From IMG/VR virus record IMGVR_UViG_3300025314_000012: a DNA stretch of 64,000 bases; one strand, given 5' to 3'. Position numbers and translations under genes: made by a program. The notes under the pieces are model-generated. The model saw only the letters and a list, made by a program, of their open reading frames with translations. It ran no database searches and was not told the origin of the DNA. Every line of letters begins with the position of its first letter. The stretch's first letter is position 1. Positions 1-10,450 of this stretch are shown here, piece by piece. The DNA comes from a virus.

Positions 1-85
1 GGAAATAAGCCACTTTCTAACGTGGGTGGCACAATGTATCGGGAAAGTAAAAATAATGCCCACACGGGCTTAAAAAACGTGTAAT

Positions 86-274
86 ATGGAAGTTTACAGA
101 TATGATTTAGATGGAGAAATGTATCCACTGCCGATAAGGTTTAATCGGGGTGATTGCGTGAACATAACAGAACTGTTCGGTGTGGAAGGAAACGCTGCAA
201 TAGTCGATGAGCTTATCTGGAGAGCAGATAAGTTGGGGTTGTATGGTGAAATATATTTTAGAAGTTGGAAATGA
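86..274 (+). CDS. hypothetical small protein
   Basis: 62-aa ORF; stop overlaps the next ATG (ATGA at 271-274). Confidence 0.6.
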   Translation: MEVYRYDLDGEMYPLPIRFNRGDCVNITELFGVEGNAAIVDELIWRADKLGLYGEIYFRSWK

Positions 275-432
275 AATACGATAGAGTAAAAACATTTGCG
301 TGGCTACCAACGCTTGTCAACGGCAAGTGGATATGGTTTGAATATTATTACGACATTTATGTATTCACACTCGACAAGTCAACAGACGAGCTTGGGTGGG
401 TGTTAGTTGGAAAAGAATTAATAAATTATTGA
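271..432 (+). CDS. hypothetical 53-aa protein (not in ORF track)
   Basis: Hand-translated MKYDRVKTFAWLPTLVNGKWIWFEYY...; coupled to the upstream gene and ends just before ATG 434. Confidence 0.55.
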   Translation: MKYDRVKTFAWLPTLVNGKWIWFEYYYDIYVFTLDKSTDELGWVLVGKELINY

Positions 433-433
433 T

Positions 434-745
434 ATGAAAACAATAATCATCATCATCCTATTGTCAGCCGTGTGCCTTATCAGCAACGCACAGAAACACG
501 GCACAGCCTTCCTTGTTACCTACAACAACGTAACAGAGTTTAAGGGAACTAAGGACTTCAAACTTTACACATTCACACAAGTTGACAGTTTGGCAACAGA
601 GGTATTTGACTATCCTATCGACGGTAAGGTATTGATGGGGGGTACAAACAGATTTGTTGTTGAAAATGGAAACAAGACGTTCTATTGCGAATTGAAGTAT
701 CTGAACAGAAGGGGTAATTTTATACTTAACAAGAGAGTAAAATGA
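434..745 (+). CDS. exported protein with Sec signal peptide
   Basis: MKTIIIIILLSAVCLISNA|Q: basic N-terminus, hydrophobic core, SNA cleavage site, Gln at +1. Confidence 0.7.
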   Translation: MKTIIIIILLSAVCLISNAQKHGTAFLVTYNNVTEFKGTKDFKLYTFTQVDSLATEVFDYPIDGKVLMGGTNRFVVENGNKTFYCELKYLNRRGNFILNKRVK

Positions 746-897
746 AAGCACTATCACTACTTTTTGCACTCATGTCTGCTATATGCTTCGTGGTTGGATT
801 CTACACAGAACCTTACTACTTTTATTTGGCGGCTATGGCTGCTATTATTTCGGGTGCTATTTATGTAGCAGAGAAAATTGATTTAAACTTAAAATAA
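742..897 (+). CDS. 51-aa two-TM membrane protein (not in ORF track)
   Basis: Hand-translated MKALSLLFALMSAICFVVGFYTEPYYFYLAAMAAIISGAIYVAEK...; ATGA overlap with 434..745. Confidence 0.6.
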   Translation: MKALSLLFALMSAICFVVGFYTEPYYFYLAAMAAIISGAIYVAEKIDLNLK

Positions 898-920
898 GAA
901 AGGGGCTTAACGCCCCTTTT
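897..920. terminator. bidirectional intrinsic terminator where the two arms converge
   Basis: AGGGGC-TTAAC-GCCCCT stem with A-rich left and T-rich right flank, between convergent stop codons. Confidence 0.8.
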
Positions 921-923
921 ACT

Positions 924-1328
924 TTACTCTTTCATCTTCTTGTTGACTGCCGTGTAAACCAACACAGCCAAGAACCTAAACAGTTCAATAAACGCTATCG
1001 CTTCTACGTCATCTGCAAGCAATGGAACGTCTATCTGTTCGTCAATTACTTTAGCTGCAAAAGCACCAAGTTCCAACGCTTCTTCTTCAGTGATAGTTCC
1101 GTCTTCTACAATCACAACGGCTTTTGTTACCAACTCTTCAGCGATTAGCTGCCATTTTTCAGGTATCCTCTCTGACACTTTGTTGTCGATACCATCAATG
1201 ATTCCCGGTGCAATGATATTCACCAACGGTTTAAACACTGCGGGTACTCCGATTTCCCCTGATACAATTCCCCACAATACTTTTATTTCTTCTTTTGTGG
1301 CAATTCCTTCTTTTGTTCCTTTAAACAT
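924..1328 (-). CDS. hypothetical protein (lysis region)
   Basis: 134-aa ORF co-oriented with the holin candidate; hydrophobic C-terminus. Confidence 0.7.
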   Translation of the reverse strand: MFKGTKEGIATKEEIKVLWGIVSGEIGVPAVFKPLVNIIAPGIIDGIDNKVSERIPEKWQLIAEELVTKAVVIVEDGTITEEEALELGAFAAKVIDEQIDVPLLADDVEAIAFIELFRFLAVLVYTAVNKKMKE

Positions 1329-1338
1329 AATTCCTAAT

Positions 1339-1599
1339 TTATTTGTTTATACTCGTGCCTTTCGGCTTATCTTTCGGGTCTTTACTGAACAGTAATAACA
1401 TAGATGATATTACCGTTCCTAAATTTAATGCTAATGTCTGCGTGTCCATTCCAACAACGCTCCCTAAATCTACATTAAATCCTTTCAATATAAGTATCGC
1501 CAACATTGCCAACCCTGTGCCTGTGGTGTACTTATTGTTTTTTATGTTATCTAATAGTTTCATTTTTTTAATCGGGTTTGTAATTATCTTGTTATCCAC
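1339..1599 (-). CDS. putative holin
   Basis: Two hydrophobic segments ending LLLFSKD, charged C-terminal tail, at the end of the late arm. Confidence 0.55.
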   Translation of the reverse strand: MDNKIITNPIKKMKLLDNIKNNKYTTGTGLAMLAILILKGFNVDLGSVVGMDTQTLALNLGTVISSMLLLFSKDPKDKPKGTSINK

Positions 1600-1765
1600 T
1601 GTCCTATTTCTATTTCGCTTAATGTTGAATCAAAAACTGAAAGCTCGTAAACGTCTGCATTAATAAACAGACCTGTTACACTTAGTATCTGTCCGAATGT
1701 TAGTTAGTCCATACTTGGTTTCTTTATTCAATGTCATGCCACATTAATTTTTATTGGGTTTGCAA

Positions 1766-4642
1766 TTATAATCCATCAAAATAGATTCTTGTTCCTGAAT
1801 TATATAAGTCAGCTATTTCTGCATCGGTTAAACTTGCATCGAATATTATAGCCTGTCCTAAATATCCTAATACCGAAAACCCTGTTGGAACTGCGCCAAG
1901 TACAAGTGGATTTGCGGTATTTCCAATGGATACAAATGTTCCTGTATCACCGCTTGTTAAAGCAGATTTCACACCGTTTATCCAAATTTCAATATTACCT
2001 GTTGTAATATCTTTTACATTTACAACTATATGATAATCTGTATTTGTGGATAGTTTTGTATTAGAAGTCCTTTTCTTATATACAGTGCTGCCACCACCTG
2101 AATAAATAGTGATAGATACCGCACCGTCTGTTTCTATTGCAACATTATATTCCACTGATTTTGCTAACAAAAATCGTCTTACTGCATGGTTTGTGTGCCT
2201 TGACCAAAACCCAAATGCAAAACTATTTTCATTGGAAAAAGTGAAATTATCATTGTCTCCAATTGTATTATACGAATTTTGTAAAGTGTTGAATAAATGA
2301 CTTGCCCCGAATGCTTGAGTTTGATTTATGGTAACTTCTGCTCCGATTGAACCATTATATGTAGCTGTTTCGTCAACCAATGTACTGCCTTCTGTTTCCT
2401 TTAAGTCATACCATGCCATCGCCTTAACTGATAGTCCAGAGTAGTTCACCTGAACAGTGTCAGATAAGTATTCTGATATATTTCCTGCCAAATCCCGGCA
2501 ATAAGCAAACAATACATTTTGCCCTTCACCACTAAATGTGTATGAAGTTGGTACTGTTGAACTCCAATTTGCATCCGTAGTTTCAGGTGTTGTTGCCGAT
2601 TCTGTAACTATATATTGTCTTGCATCGGTTGATGCCGTGAATGTTGATATTGCCACAGTTAAGGTTGTGATTGTATCTGGGATCACAAAAGCAATCATTG
2701 TTGGCGGTATAGCATCTGGATATGGAGTAATACCATATAGCTTACCATTTAAAATTATGCTTGTAAAAGGTTGCAATGTAAAATTACCTATAATAGTATC
2801 TCCTGTAACATTGTTTTTAGCAGTTGCATTATTTAGATAGTAAGTCAAAGGGGTTGTATTTTTATTGAAAAATATGTCCTCCGTTTCATTTGGGTATAGT
2901 GCAGTTATGATATTACTACTATTTGTATCAAACCCAAATTCAGTTTTCCATTCTGTAAAATCTAAATATACCCCTCCTGCGCCAACATCTCTAAACACAT
3001 CTGTTCTATGTCTGTCAATGTAAATATTGCTATCTGCTGAAAATGTATTTATAAAACTACTGCTCCCATTTGCCAACGTTGGGTTTATGGGCGTGGTCAG
3101 GTAATAATCCTGCGTTGTACTTTTATTGCATACTGTGTTAAAATTAAATAAATTACCATCGTATTTTTCGGCAATTCGCATTGATTTAGGACTATCAAAT
3201 ATGCTATTTCCTCTTACAATACAATCTTTTGTAAAGTGAAGAAATATAGCAATGTCGTTTGGCGAAACAACAGTATTATTTAAAACAGAAACGTTTGTAG
3301 TTCCTTCGTCAAGGTAGATGCCAATATCAGTTGAATTTTCTATAATATTATCCCGTATCACCGTTCCGCTATCCGTCTGCAATGCAGATGATGACGATAC
3401 AAACGTATATATACCACCACCGTCAGGTAGTAAGCTCCCTGTCCCATAAATGTAATTCTTTTCAATAATAGAGTTTTGCCCTGAAAAATTAATTCCATTA
3501 TATGCGGTATTTCGTATAATATTGTGTGATACTAAATGATTATTGCCACTAAATGACAACCCATAACAATACCCGTTAATCATTCCATTAATACCTAAAT
3601 CATAAAAATTAGCAATATTGGAAATAGTGTTTCCTTTTATTTTTCCGTTTAAAGAATTTGCAGCTATACCCACAAATTGAGTATTGTCAACTGTATTGTA
3701 ATTTATCTGATTATAATTACCTGCACTTCTAATCCCGTATTCCTCACATCCATATATTTCACAATTTTCAATTGTTATATTAGAATTGCCAGTATATGCC
3801 TCTATCCCTGTTGATTTAAAATGTAGCAGACTAATGTTTTTAATTGCAATATAATTTTTACTTGCAATCACAATTCCATTATCAATTACCGAACCTCTCA
3901 CATTAACAGGGCTTTCTCCATCCAATGCCCAAAAATAAACCGAATCTTTTGCGGCGTCGTAAAACCATTCACCAGCTTCATCCAAAAATTCATATTTATT
4001 CGTCATAAAGAAGTCTGCACCTGCCGCCCATGTTGAATAACCCAATGCGCTGTTAAATGTAATTGTTTGACCTGTTGATGCTGTTATCAATCTTGTTTCA
4101 TATTTCCATTTATTTGTATTAATTATAATATTTGCATCCTTATAATAATCTGCTGCCTGACTTGCAATTTCGGTAGAAGTGAAATTAGTAGCATCTACTT
4201 TTGTTGTTACGTTAAAAATGCCTTCATTCGGATAACGTGCAGCCCTCATTTTAATATCTTCATCAAATAATTGCGTAACTATGTCAGAAACGTATGCCCT
4301 GTAAATATTACCACTATGCAACGTCCAACCCGTTATTACTTCCGAACCGTAAATCTTTGGTTTTGCACCCGAACCATAAGCCCCGATTAAAATATTCAAT
4401 CCACTTGAACCGCTTTGACCGATTGTAATTGTTCCGTACCATTCCCCACCACGTTTGAAAAGGATTGCATCTCCTGCGCTAAAAGTAAATGAGTTCACCT
4501 TATCAATCGTCTTCCAAGCCCTTGAATTTGTTGAACCTGTACCATTATTTGCATCATTTCCCGTTGGGGAAACATAGTACGTTGTTGCGAATGCCTGAAT
4601 TATGAGTATCAGGATTAAGATTGTAAATAGTATCTTTTTCAT
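1766..4642 (-). CDS. right-handed beta-helix (pectin-lyase-like) protein with C-terminal LamG/concanavalin-like domain and signal peptide
   Basis: YYVSPTGNDANNG...AWKTIDKVN...GDAILFKRGGEW start; parallel beta-helix repeats (GGIY, GIYLDEGT..V.V.NN); LamG-type end (IFDASLTDAEIADLYN). Confidence 0.8.
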   Translation of the reverse strand: MKKILFTILILILIIQAFATTYYVSPTGNDANNGTGSTNSRAWKTIDKVNSFTFSAGDAILFKRGGEWYGTITIGQSGSSGLNILIGAYGSGAKPKIYGSEVITGWTLHSGNIYRAYVSDIVTQLFDEDIKMRAARYPNEGIFNVTTKVDATNFTSTEIASQAADYYKDANIIINTNKWKYETRLITASTGQTITFNSALGYSTWAAGADFFMTNKYEFLDEAGEWFYDAAKDSVYFWALDGESPVNVRGSVIDNGIVIASKNYIAIKNISLLHFKSTGIEAYTGNSNITIENCEIYGCEEYGIRSAGNYNQINYNTVDNTQFVGIAANSLNGKIKGNTISNIANFYDLGINGMINGYCYGLSFSGNNHLVSHNIIRNTAYNGINFSGQNSIIEKNYIYGTGSLLPDGGGIYTFVSSSSALQTDSGTVIRDNIIENSTDIGIYLDEGTTNVSVLNNTVVSPNDIAIFLHFTKDCIVRGNSIFDSPKSMRIAEKYDGNLFNFNTVCNKSTTQDYYLTTPINPTLANGSSSFINTFSADSNIYIDRHRTDVFRDVGAGGVYLDFTEWKTEFGFDTNSSNIITALYPNETEDIFFNKNTTPLTYYLNNATAKNNVTGDTIIGNFTLQPFTSIILNGKLYGITPYPDAIPPTMIAFVIPDTITTLTVAISTFTASTDARQYIVTESATTPETTDANWSSTVPTSYTFSGEGQNVLFAYCRDLAGNISEYLSDTVQVNYSGLSVKAMAWYDLKETEGSTLVDETATYNGSIGAEVTINQTQAFGASHLFNTLQNSYNTIGDNDNFTFSNENSFAFGFWSRHTNHAVRRFLLAKSVEYNVAIETDGAVSITIYSGGGSTVYKKRTSNTKLSTNTDYHIVVNVKDITTGNIEIWINGVKSALTSGDTGTFVSIGNTANPLVLGAVPTGFSVLGYLGQAIIFDASLTDAEIADLYNSGTRIYFDGL

Positions 4643-5376
4643 TATTCGATTGTTAAACTTATTAAAATGTTGTCCGTAATTACAGCGGTAAAATATGTAC
4701 TTGGTAGGTCTGCAATGTCTTGCAATGCGAAAGGTCGCGGAATACCATCTTCATCGTAAAATCTGTTATCCGTATCAATTGCAATAAATGCCGCATCGTC
4801 GGCAGGAGCTAAAAGAAATTGTTCTGCATCGACATGAAACGGTTCACGTACTAAATAAAATGCTTCATAATCCAAATCAGCATAAAACCCATTTTCATCT
4901 GCTGGGTATTTCACGTCATTTTGCAAGGCAAACCCGTATAAAAATTCAGGTTTCAAACCATCAACCAGTGTAATGTGGTGTGCTTGCCCCGATTGGTCGA
5001 GTAGTTGGGTTTCATTCATTCCCTCAGAAGTAAACAGGTAGCTTGCAGCAAATGCAACTGGTTCAACAGTTATTGTTATCACACAAGTATCAGTAAAGCT
5101 ACCGTCATCTGTTGTTACCGTAATAGTAACTTCACCGTCTGTTATAAGCGTAACTAATCCTGTTGTTGATACAGTGGCTATTGATTCATTACTTGAACTC
5201 CACACCACTACCTTGTTAGATGCCTGTGGTGGAAGTACAGTGGCTATTAACTGTATTGTGTCATCAACGTATCCTAATGCAGTAGATTGGTTAAGTTCTA
5301 CACTCGAAACAGGTACTACTACATTCGTTGGGGCTATTACTCTCTTTTTCTTTTTTAAAAATACTGCTGTATTCAT
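4642..5376 (-). CDS. Ig-like (Big_2) domain virion protein
   Basis: VSSVELN...IQLIATVLPPQASNKVVVWSSSNESIATVSTTGLVT...GEVTITVTTDDGSFTDTCVITI is a canonical Big_2 pattern. Confidence 0.85.
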   Translation of the reverse strand: MNTAVFLKKKKRVIAPTNVVVPVSSVELNQSTALGYVDDTIQLIATVLPPQASNKVVVWSSSNESIATVSTTGLVTLITDGEVTITVTTDDGSFTDTCVITITVEPVAFAASYLFTSEGMNETQLLDQSGQAHHITLVDGLKPEFLYGFALQNDVKYPADENGFYADLDYEAFYLVREPFHVDAEQFLLAPADDAAFIAIDTDNRFYDEDGIPRPFALQDIADLPSTYFTAVITDNILISLTIE

Positions 5377-5388
5377 TTGTTTAGTGTT

Positions 5389-8004
5389 TTATGGACACGT
5401 TATTGTATTAAAATCGTTATAATCTAATCCATTGCCGGAATTATATAGTGCTGATATTTCACCCACACACAACGCTCTTGACCATGTGGTGAATTGTTCT
5501 ATGTACCCACTATAATATTCACTTGTTGTATTAGGAATAGCACCAAATCCTGCATACCCATTATTTATAACAAATCTTCCTAAATTAGTTGAAGTAATAG
5601 ACGTGTCAAGTGTTCCGTTAAGATATAATTTAATATCGTATCCGTCTCTTACTATTGCAACATGATACCATGTTCCGCCAGACACAGAAGTTGTACTTAA
5701 ACAGGTGTCTGCATTTAGCTTCGTATCTGTCATATACAATCCTATTTTGTTGCCAACAAGTTTGACCAATATTTGTGCGCCAGATGTAGCCCTTACACCA
5801 CCGAGCGTTTTAGTTCCAGTTGTATTATTTGCGTTAAACCAAGTTGCAACAGTATATTGTCCGTTGCTATTAAGCATTGATCTTTGAGAACTATTATATA
5901 TTCTCGCAGGTGGAAAATATGCTGCTTGTTTTATAACTCCTGTTCCATAAGATACAATACCACCTGTACTCCAACTACCGCCATATATATTTCGTGAATC
6001 ATTCTTGTTGCCATTAAACTCATAACACGCCAATAGATTTCTAAGCAACGTTGGACTGTCTGGTACAGCAGGGGTTGTAACTGTTCCGCCGCTTACTTCA
6101 TATACAACAGTACCAGCGGCATCTAAACAACGATTTTCGTCTCTAAGGTCATATATCCGAAAATTATCAACCCTGCTTTCATAATCCCCCGTTCCCGTAA
6201 ATAAAATTCTTTGATTATGTAGATATAAATTACCTAACGGAAATGTTGTTCCAGATAGACAATATCCCTTGTCGGTAAGTGTCCCACAAATACTATCTGC
6301 GTTAACTGTATGAAGTTCATTTCTCGTAAATCCTGTTTGGTCTTTTTCCGAAACAGCAGAATAAGCTAAATATTGTGCGCCAATAGCACTTAAATTCTTA
6401 CACCCTGTCGTTACACTATAATCTGCTTCTGAATATCTTGACAGTATGCTACTTCTTACTGTTTCCGCTGTTTCATAGGTATCATTACATTCACTGTCCG
6501 TTAATCCGTTGGTAATAGTAGCTAACGTGAGTGTTATAACATACCCTGCATCGTTGTAATCAATATTGCCAGATGGGTGATAAGATATGGATTTAGTTGT
6601 CCAGTTATCTCCACAATTAACACCTATTCTTATGTTTCCGAAAATATATTTATAATGATTTATAGTGGTGTTATCGGAATCATAGTTGGTTATGTTTGCC
6701 CCACCCAATGCAGATACAAATTCATTTTTATACAACAAATAATCTGCCTCGTGAGTAAAACTAAAAGTTACAACATTAGACACTTTAGCTAAAGTCAATG
6801 TACCTGTTAAATTAACACAGGTACTTATGGGCTGTTTGCTATACGGTAGCGTAGCGTCTGTGTTTTCCAAGAAATCAAGTGTCATAGACGCAGACCTAAA
6901 ATCAAGCCCTGTATATGAGTTTTGATTTGAGGTTGTGTTTATGTTTTCTAAATATGTATGAAAATTATCGGTAAGAACACATTCTCCAACATTTCTTGTC
7001 CTCAAAACATATACACAATTCACTTCATCGTATAGTAATTGGGTTTCGTATGGGTCTATGTCAAATACAATAGGGTCACAAGTGGTACAATCAAATGTGT
7101 CAAGACATTTTGTTTTAAGCAACCAGTTTGTATTAGTATTTGTTGGTTGGTTATATGAAGGTGATATTTCTATTAAAAGATAGTTTCCTGTCGTGTAAGG
7201 AAAAGAAGATACATCTATAACATAGTTGAATCCAGCATATTGGTCTATTGCAACTGGTGATACTGAATAATTTGTGGAAGTATTGTCTTGCCCTACCACA
7301 AAATCACAAAGCTGAACAGGACTTTCTTCATCAGATATATCAACATAACTTATCTTTATTCTGTCAGACACAGTATAACCAGTGTATTCAAAGGCGAAAT
7401 AATTTGTTGTACTGCCAATATAATAATTAAAACTTCTCGATGCAAGTGATGGGTTTGGATTTGTACCATTATAGTTTACTTGATAACTGTAATCACCCGA
7501 AATATTACTTAACGAACAGTCCAATTGCAATACAGTTATTTCAGGAAGTACAGTTAAACCTATTAACTCACACCACGGTGCGCCCTCTGATGGATTGTTG
7601 TAAATCGTTGTATCGTTTATAATTATATATTTTATTTTTGGTTGCCACGTTCCTTCCGCTACTACCAGCTGGTTATCTCCTGTTAGTGGGTGTACAAAGG
7701 CTATATTAGGGTCTGTATTACCTGCATTTCCAGTAATAAATTCTGGTGTTAAACCACCGTTATAATACCACTCAATAGCATATCCTGTTATTGCACAACT
7801 CGTAGAAGTTAGACTTCCAACAGATATTCTCGCTATTTGGTTGTTTGTATAAGTGTCAAAAGCAAGGTCGTCACACCCACACAAGACTTCTGTTGTATCT
7901 GAAGGTATAGTATCTCCCATCCAAGTATAAGTACACCAAAAGTTCTGTGCATTTATGGTGAATACTGCAAACAGTAAGACTATGGATGATATTACTCTAT
8001 TCAT
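5389..8004 (-). CDS. Cys-rich exported protein with C-terminal LamG-like domain
   Basis: Signal peptide (FTINA|Q); LLACYEFNGN...WYHVAIVRDG...LYLNG...WSRALCVGEISALYNSG. Confidence 0.75.
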   Translation of the reverse strand: MNRVISSIVLLFAVFTINAQNFWCTYTWMGDTIPSDTTEVLCGCDDLAFDTYTNNQIARISVGSLTSTSCAITGYAIEWYYNGGLTPEFITGNAGNTDPNIAFVHPLTGDNQLVVAEGTWQPKIKYIIINDTTIYNNPSEGAPWCELIGLTVLPEITVLQLDCSLSNISGDYSYQVNYNGTNPNPSLASRSFNYYIGSTTNYFAFEYTGYTVSDRIKISYVDISDEESPVQLCDFVVGQDNTSTNYSVSPVAIDQYAGFNYVIDVSSFPYTTGNYLLIEISPSYNQPTNTNTNWLLKTKCLDTFDCTTCDPIVFDIDPYETQLLYDEVNCVYVLRTRNVGECVLTDNFHTYLENINTTSNQNSYTGLDFRSASMTLDFLENTDATLPYSKQPISTCVNLTGTLTLAKVSNVVTFSFTHEADYLLYKNEFVSALGGANITNYDSDNTTINHYKYIFGNIRIGVNCGDNWTTKSISYHPSGNIDYNDAGYVITLTLATITNGLTDSECNDTYETAETVRSSILSRYSEADYSVTTGCKNLSAIGAQYLAYSAVSEKDQTGFTRNELHTVNADSICGTLTDKGYCLSGTTFPLGNLYLHNQRILFTGTGDYESRVDNFRIYDLRDENRCLDAAGTVVYEVSGGTVTTPAVPDSPTLLRNLLACYEFNGNKNDSRNIYGGSWSTGGIVSYGTGVIKQAAYFPPARIYNSSQRSMLNSNGQYTVATWFNANNTTGTKTLGGVRATSGAQILVKLVGNKIGLYMTDTKLNADTCLSTTSVSGGTWYHVAIVRDGYDIKLYLNGTLDTSITSTNLGRFVINNGYAGFGAIPNTTSEYYSGYIEQFTTWSRALCVGEISALYNSGNGLDYNDFNTITCP

Positions 8005-9886
8005 AATCTTTTGTTCCGTTAATTATTATATAAGTACCATCATACCAGTAAGAGTACACGTCGATAGCACCCGCTGTTGCCGTTGTAGTAATAACCCCAC
8101 CTGTGGCAAACACAAATGGACTTGTTTTAACCGTACCGCCAGTGAATTGCAGGGTATATCCACTTGCATCACACAATACTGTTATATTACCCGTAACACC
8201 TAAAAATAGGTTATCTAAATGTATTGTGGTGTTTCCAGATATGTCAAGAAATCCGTTTAACCCATTATCCGTGTTTAGAGTATCTGTTGTTCCCGATAGT
8301 GTTTGTACGATTGCATTATATTCGGCATATATTGTGTCGTTGCTTATAGTGGTTTTCACACCGCGCACACCAACCACCTTTGCTGCTTCAATTGCTATTT
8401 GTGTTAAATCATATTGAGTAGCGAGTACTGTTGTATCTGCCTTAAATTTCACACCACCGTACCCTATTCCTTCAATGTTAATCGTGGTGTCGCTGACAAA
8501 ATTAAACGCACCAACGTTTTCTTCTATAAGTTCGTATTGTACATATAAATCAGGATTTTCATAATCTACCAAGTCGCCTGTTGTTACAAAGGTGTCGCAC
8601 TCTACCATAAAAGTATCTACGCCAAAGGCTAATTCTGTATTATCTTCGTAGGCACACAACGCACCTGTGGTAAGTGCAGCCCACGTAGCATTTGCTATTG
8701 GTGTGTATGTTCCTCCGTCATATCCTGCTATGTAATCACCGTTGCGGTATTTTGTTTCCATGAGGTTGTCTGCAAGCCAAGTTTGTGTTCCTATTGTTAC
8801 TACACGGTATTCGTGTCCGTCATTGCTAGTGTATGAGGTGGGTGTGCCTGCTCCGGTGTAAAGTAGGCGAATAGAACCTGCGTCTTTTAAAAATTGACTA
8901 CTTATATAAGCAGCTCCTTCTTGTTCGTTTAATGACAATGTATAATAACTGTCTGCATCAACTAATTCGTTTATTATTGCATTATATTGTTCTTTAATAA
9001 ATCCAAATGTACCTTCTACCCCATATTCCACATCCCCATACCTGTAACCTGACCCTCTTGCATTAAATCCAACATAATTAATTGCCCCTTCATTTGGTGT
9101 ATTCCAATATTCAAAACCTTCTTCTTTAAGTATTCCACCTGCTAATAGCCACGCTCCACTTCCTGAATCATAAGTATCAATATGGTTTAAAAGTGTTGCG
9201 TATTGTGCCGAATCTGGCACAACCCAATCATCTGAACTTGTAATTTTCCTTACATCTGCTGCTGCATACCAATTATATAGCAATCCAAATCCATTGTTTG
9301 TGTCATATATAGTATCACACACCGTATAATAGCTTGTAGTGTCTTTCTGTGGTATTAAATCACCCACACACGCAAGTATGTCCTCACAGGTTAATATCAG
9401 CGTACTTAAATCTACAACGCTTGGTGGCACACCATCATCAGATAGCGATATTTCAAGTGAATCTCCTACCAATCTAAAAGTATCAACTAACTGTGGTGTT
9501 TCGTCTGGCAGTGTCAATGTCTTAAAAGGCTCTCCATCGTCTGTTATTGATATTCGTATTTTATTGCTGTCATACAAATCAAAAGTATCTATCTTTTGAA
9601 ACTCTATACCACGCAAATCCATTATATACCAAGTTTCTTTTACGTCATTGGAGAATCTCATGTACCTGTCTCCTTCCACGTATTCTTTCTTCCACACGTA
9701 AGGTGTAGTGGTTGAAAACTCGTGATATGTTATATCCAACACGGGAATCAGTACCCCTTGATACTTAAACAATGAATCTGTTATCAGCGTATCTCTTGCA
9801 CGCTGCACAACGTCATAGTCCCCCACATTCTGTGCAAACGTTATTGTCGCAAGAAGTGTAAATAATATTGTCAGTAATTTCTTCAT
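7997..9886 (-). CDS. exported protein with FISUMP (Fib_succ_major) domain
   Basis: Signal peptide (TITFA|Q); GLLYNWYAA, AGGILKE..W.TPN.GA.N..GF.A.GSGYR and VTIGTQTWLADNL..TKYRNGD motifs. Confidence 0.8.
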   Translation of the reverse strand: MKKLLTILFTLLATITFAQNVGDYDVVQRARDTLITDSLFKYQGVLIPVLDITYHEFSTTTPYVWKKEYVEGDRYMRFSNDVKETWYIMDLRGIEFQKIDTFDLYDSNKIRISITDDGEPFKTLTLPDETPQLVDTFRLVGDSLEISLSDDGVPPSVVDLSTLILTCEDILACVGDLIPQKDTTSYYTVCDTIYDTNNGFGLLYNWYAAADVRKITSSDDWVVPDSAQYATLLNHIDTYDSGSGAWLLAGGILKEEGFEYWNTPNEGAINYVGFNARGSGYRYGDVEYGVEGTFGFIKEQYNAIINELVDADSYYTLSLNEQEGAAYISSQFLKDAGSIRLLYTGAGTPTSYTSNDGHEYRVVTIGTQTWLADNLMETKYRNGDYIAGYDGGTYTPIANATWAALTTGALCAYEDNTELAFGVDTFMVECDTFVTTGDLVDYENPDLYVQYELIEENVGAFNFVSDTTINIEGIGYGGVKFKADTTVLATQYDLTQIAIEAAKVVGVRGVKTTISNDTIYAEYNAIVQTLSGTTDTLNTDNGLNGFLDISGNTTIHLDNLFLGVTGNITVLCDASGYTLQFTGGTVKTSPFVFATGGVITTTATAGAIDVYSYWYDGTYIIINGTKDYE

Positions 9887-9923
9887 GTAATACGTTTTTT
9901 AAGCCTTGTGTGGCATTTTTTTA

Positions 9924-9931
9924 CAAAGGTA
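9924..9931 (-). promoter_or_regulatory. Bacteroidota -7 promoter box
   Basis: TACCTTTG on the minus strand, matching TAnnTTTG, upstream of 9886. Confidence 0.6.
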
Positions 9932-9936
9932 ATGAT

Positions 9937-10449
9937 TTATGTTAAGGACAGTTTTTTAAGCCTTATTTCTACACTTTTCACCATGTCTGTCATAAATTGT
10001 GCGTAGTTTTCACCTGTGGCATATCCTGCTTTTGCAAGTTCTGTTAAGAATAAAACAGGATTGTCTTTCACTTCCAGTGCCTTTGAATATCTTTTGTTTT
10101 CTGTTACGAACCTTGCGTGGTCACGAAAAGATTCGTAGGGTGAATCGTATTTCATAAACCAATCTTCTATGTCGTACTTGAACTTGTTTCCTATCGGTGT
10201 TATAGAATGTATCACAGGAAACTTTACGTCGGGTCTGTCTAATATCTCTTTTGTTCTTATAAGTTGCCTATTATCGGTTTCCTTAAATGATTTCACACCG
10301 AAATACATATTTCCCGGTGGTTCTTCCCACCCACACTCCCCACAAGCCTGTGCCATCATAGCAACAGAGTTGAACCCTGTTTCGGATTCAACTCTCTTTG
10401 CGTGTGGATATATTTTAGTTAAAAAACTTAATCTGTCACTATCCGTCAT
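9937..10449 (-). CDS. endolysin, GH73 glucosaminidase/FlgJ-like
   Basis: AQACGECGW...NMYFGVK; FMKYDSPYESFRDHARF; RYSKAL; LAKAGYATGENY. Confidence 0.85.
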   Translation of the reverse strand: MTDSDRLSFLTKIYPHAKRVESETGFNSVAMMAQACGECGWEEPPGNMYFGVKSFKETDNRQLIRTKEILDRPDVKFPVIHSITPIGNKFKYDIEDWFMKYDSPYESFRDHARFVTENKRYSKALEVKDNPVLFLTELAKAGYATGENYAQFMTDMVKSVEIRLKKLSLT

Positions 10450-10450
10450 A

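Noticed and set aside
7997-9886. Diversity-generating retroelement targeting the FISUMP domain
   Set aside because: No reverse transcriptase ORF, and I found no second near-identical copy (template repeat) differing at adenines in the window.
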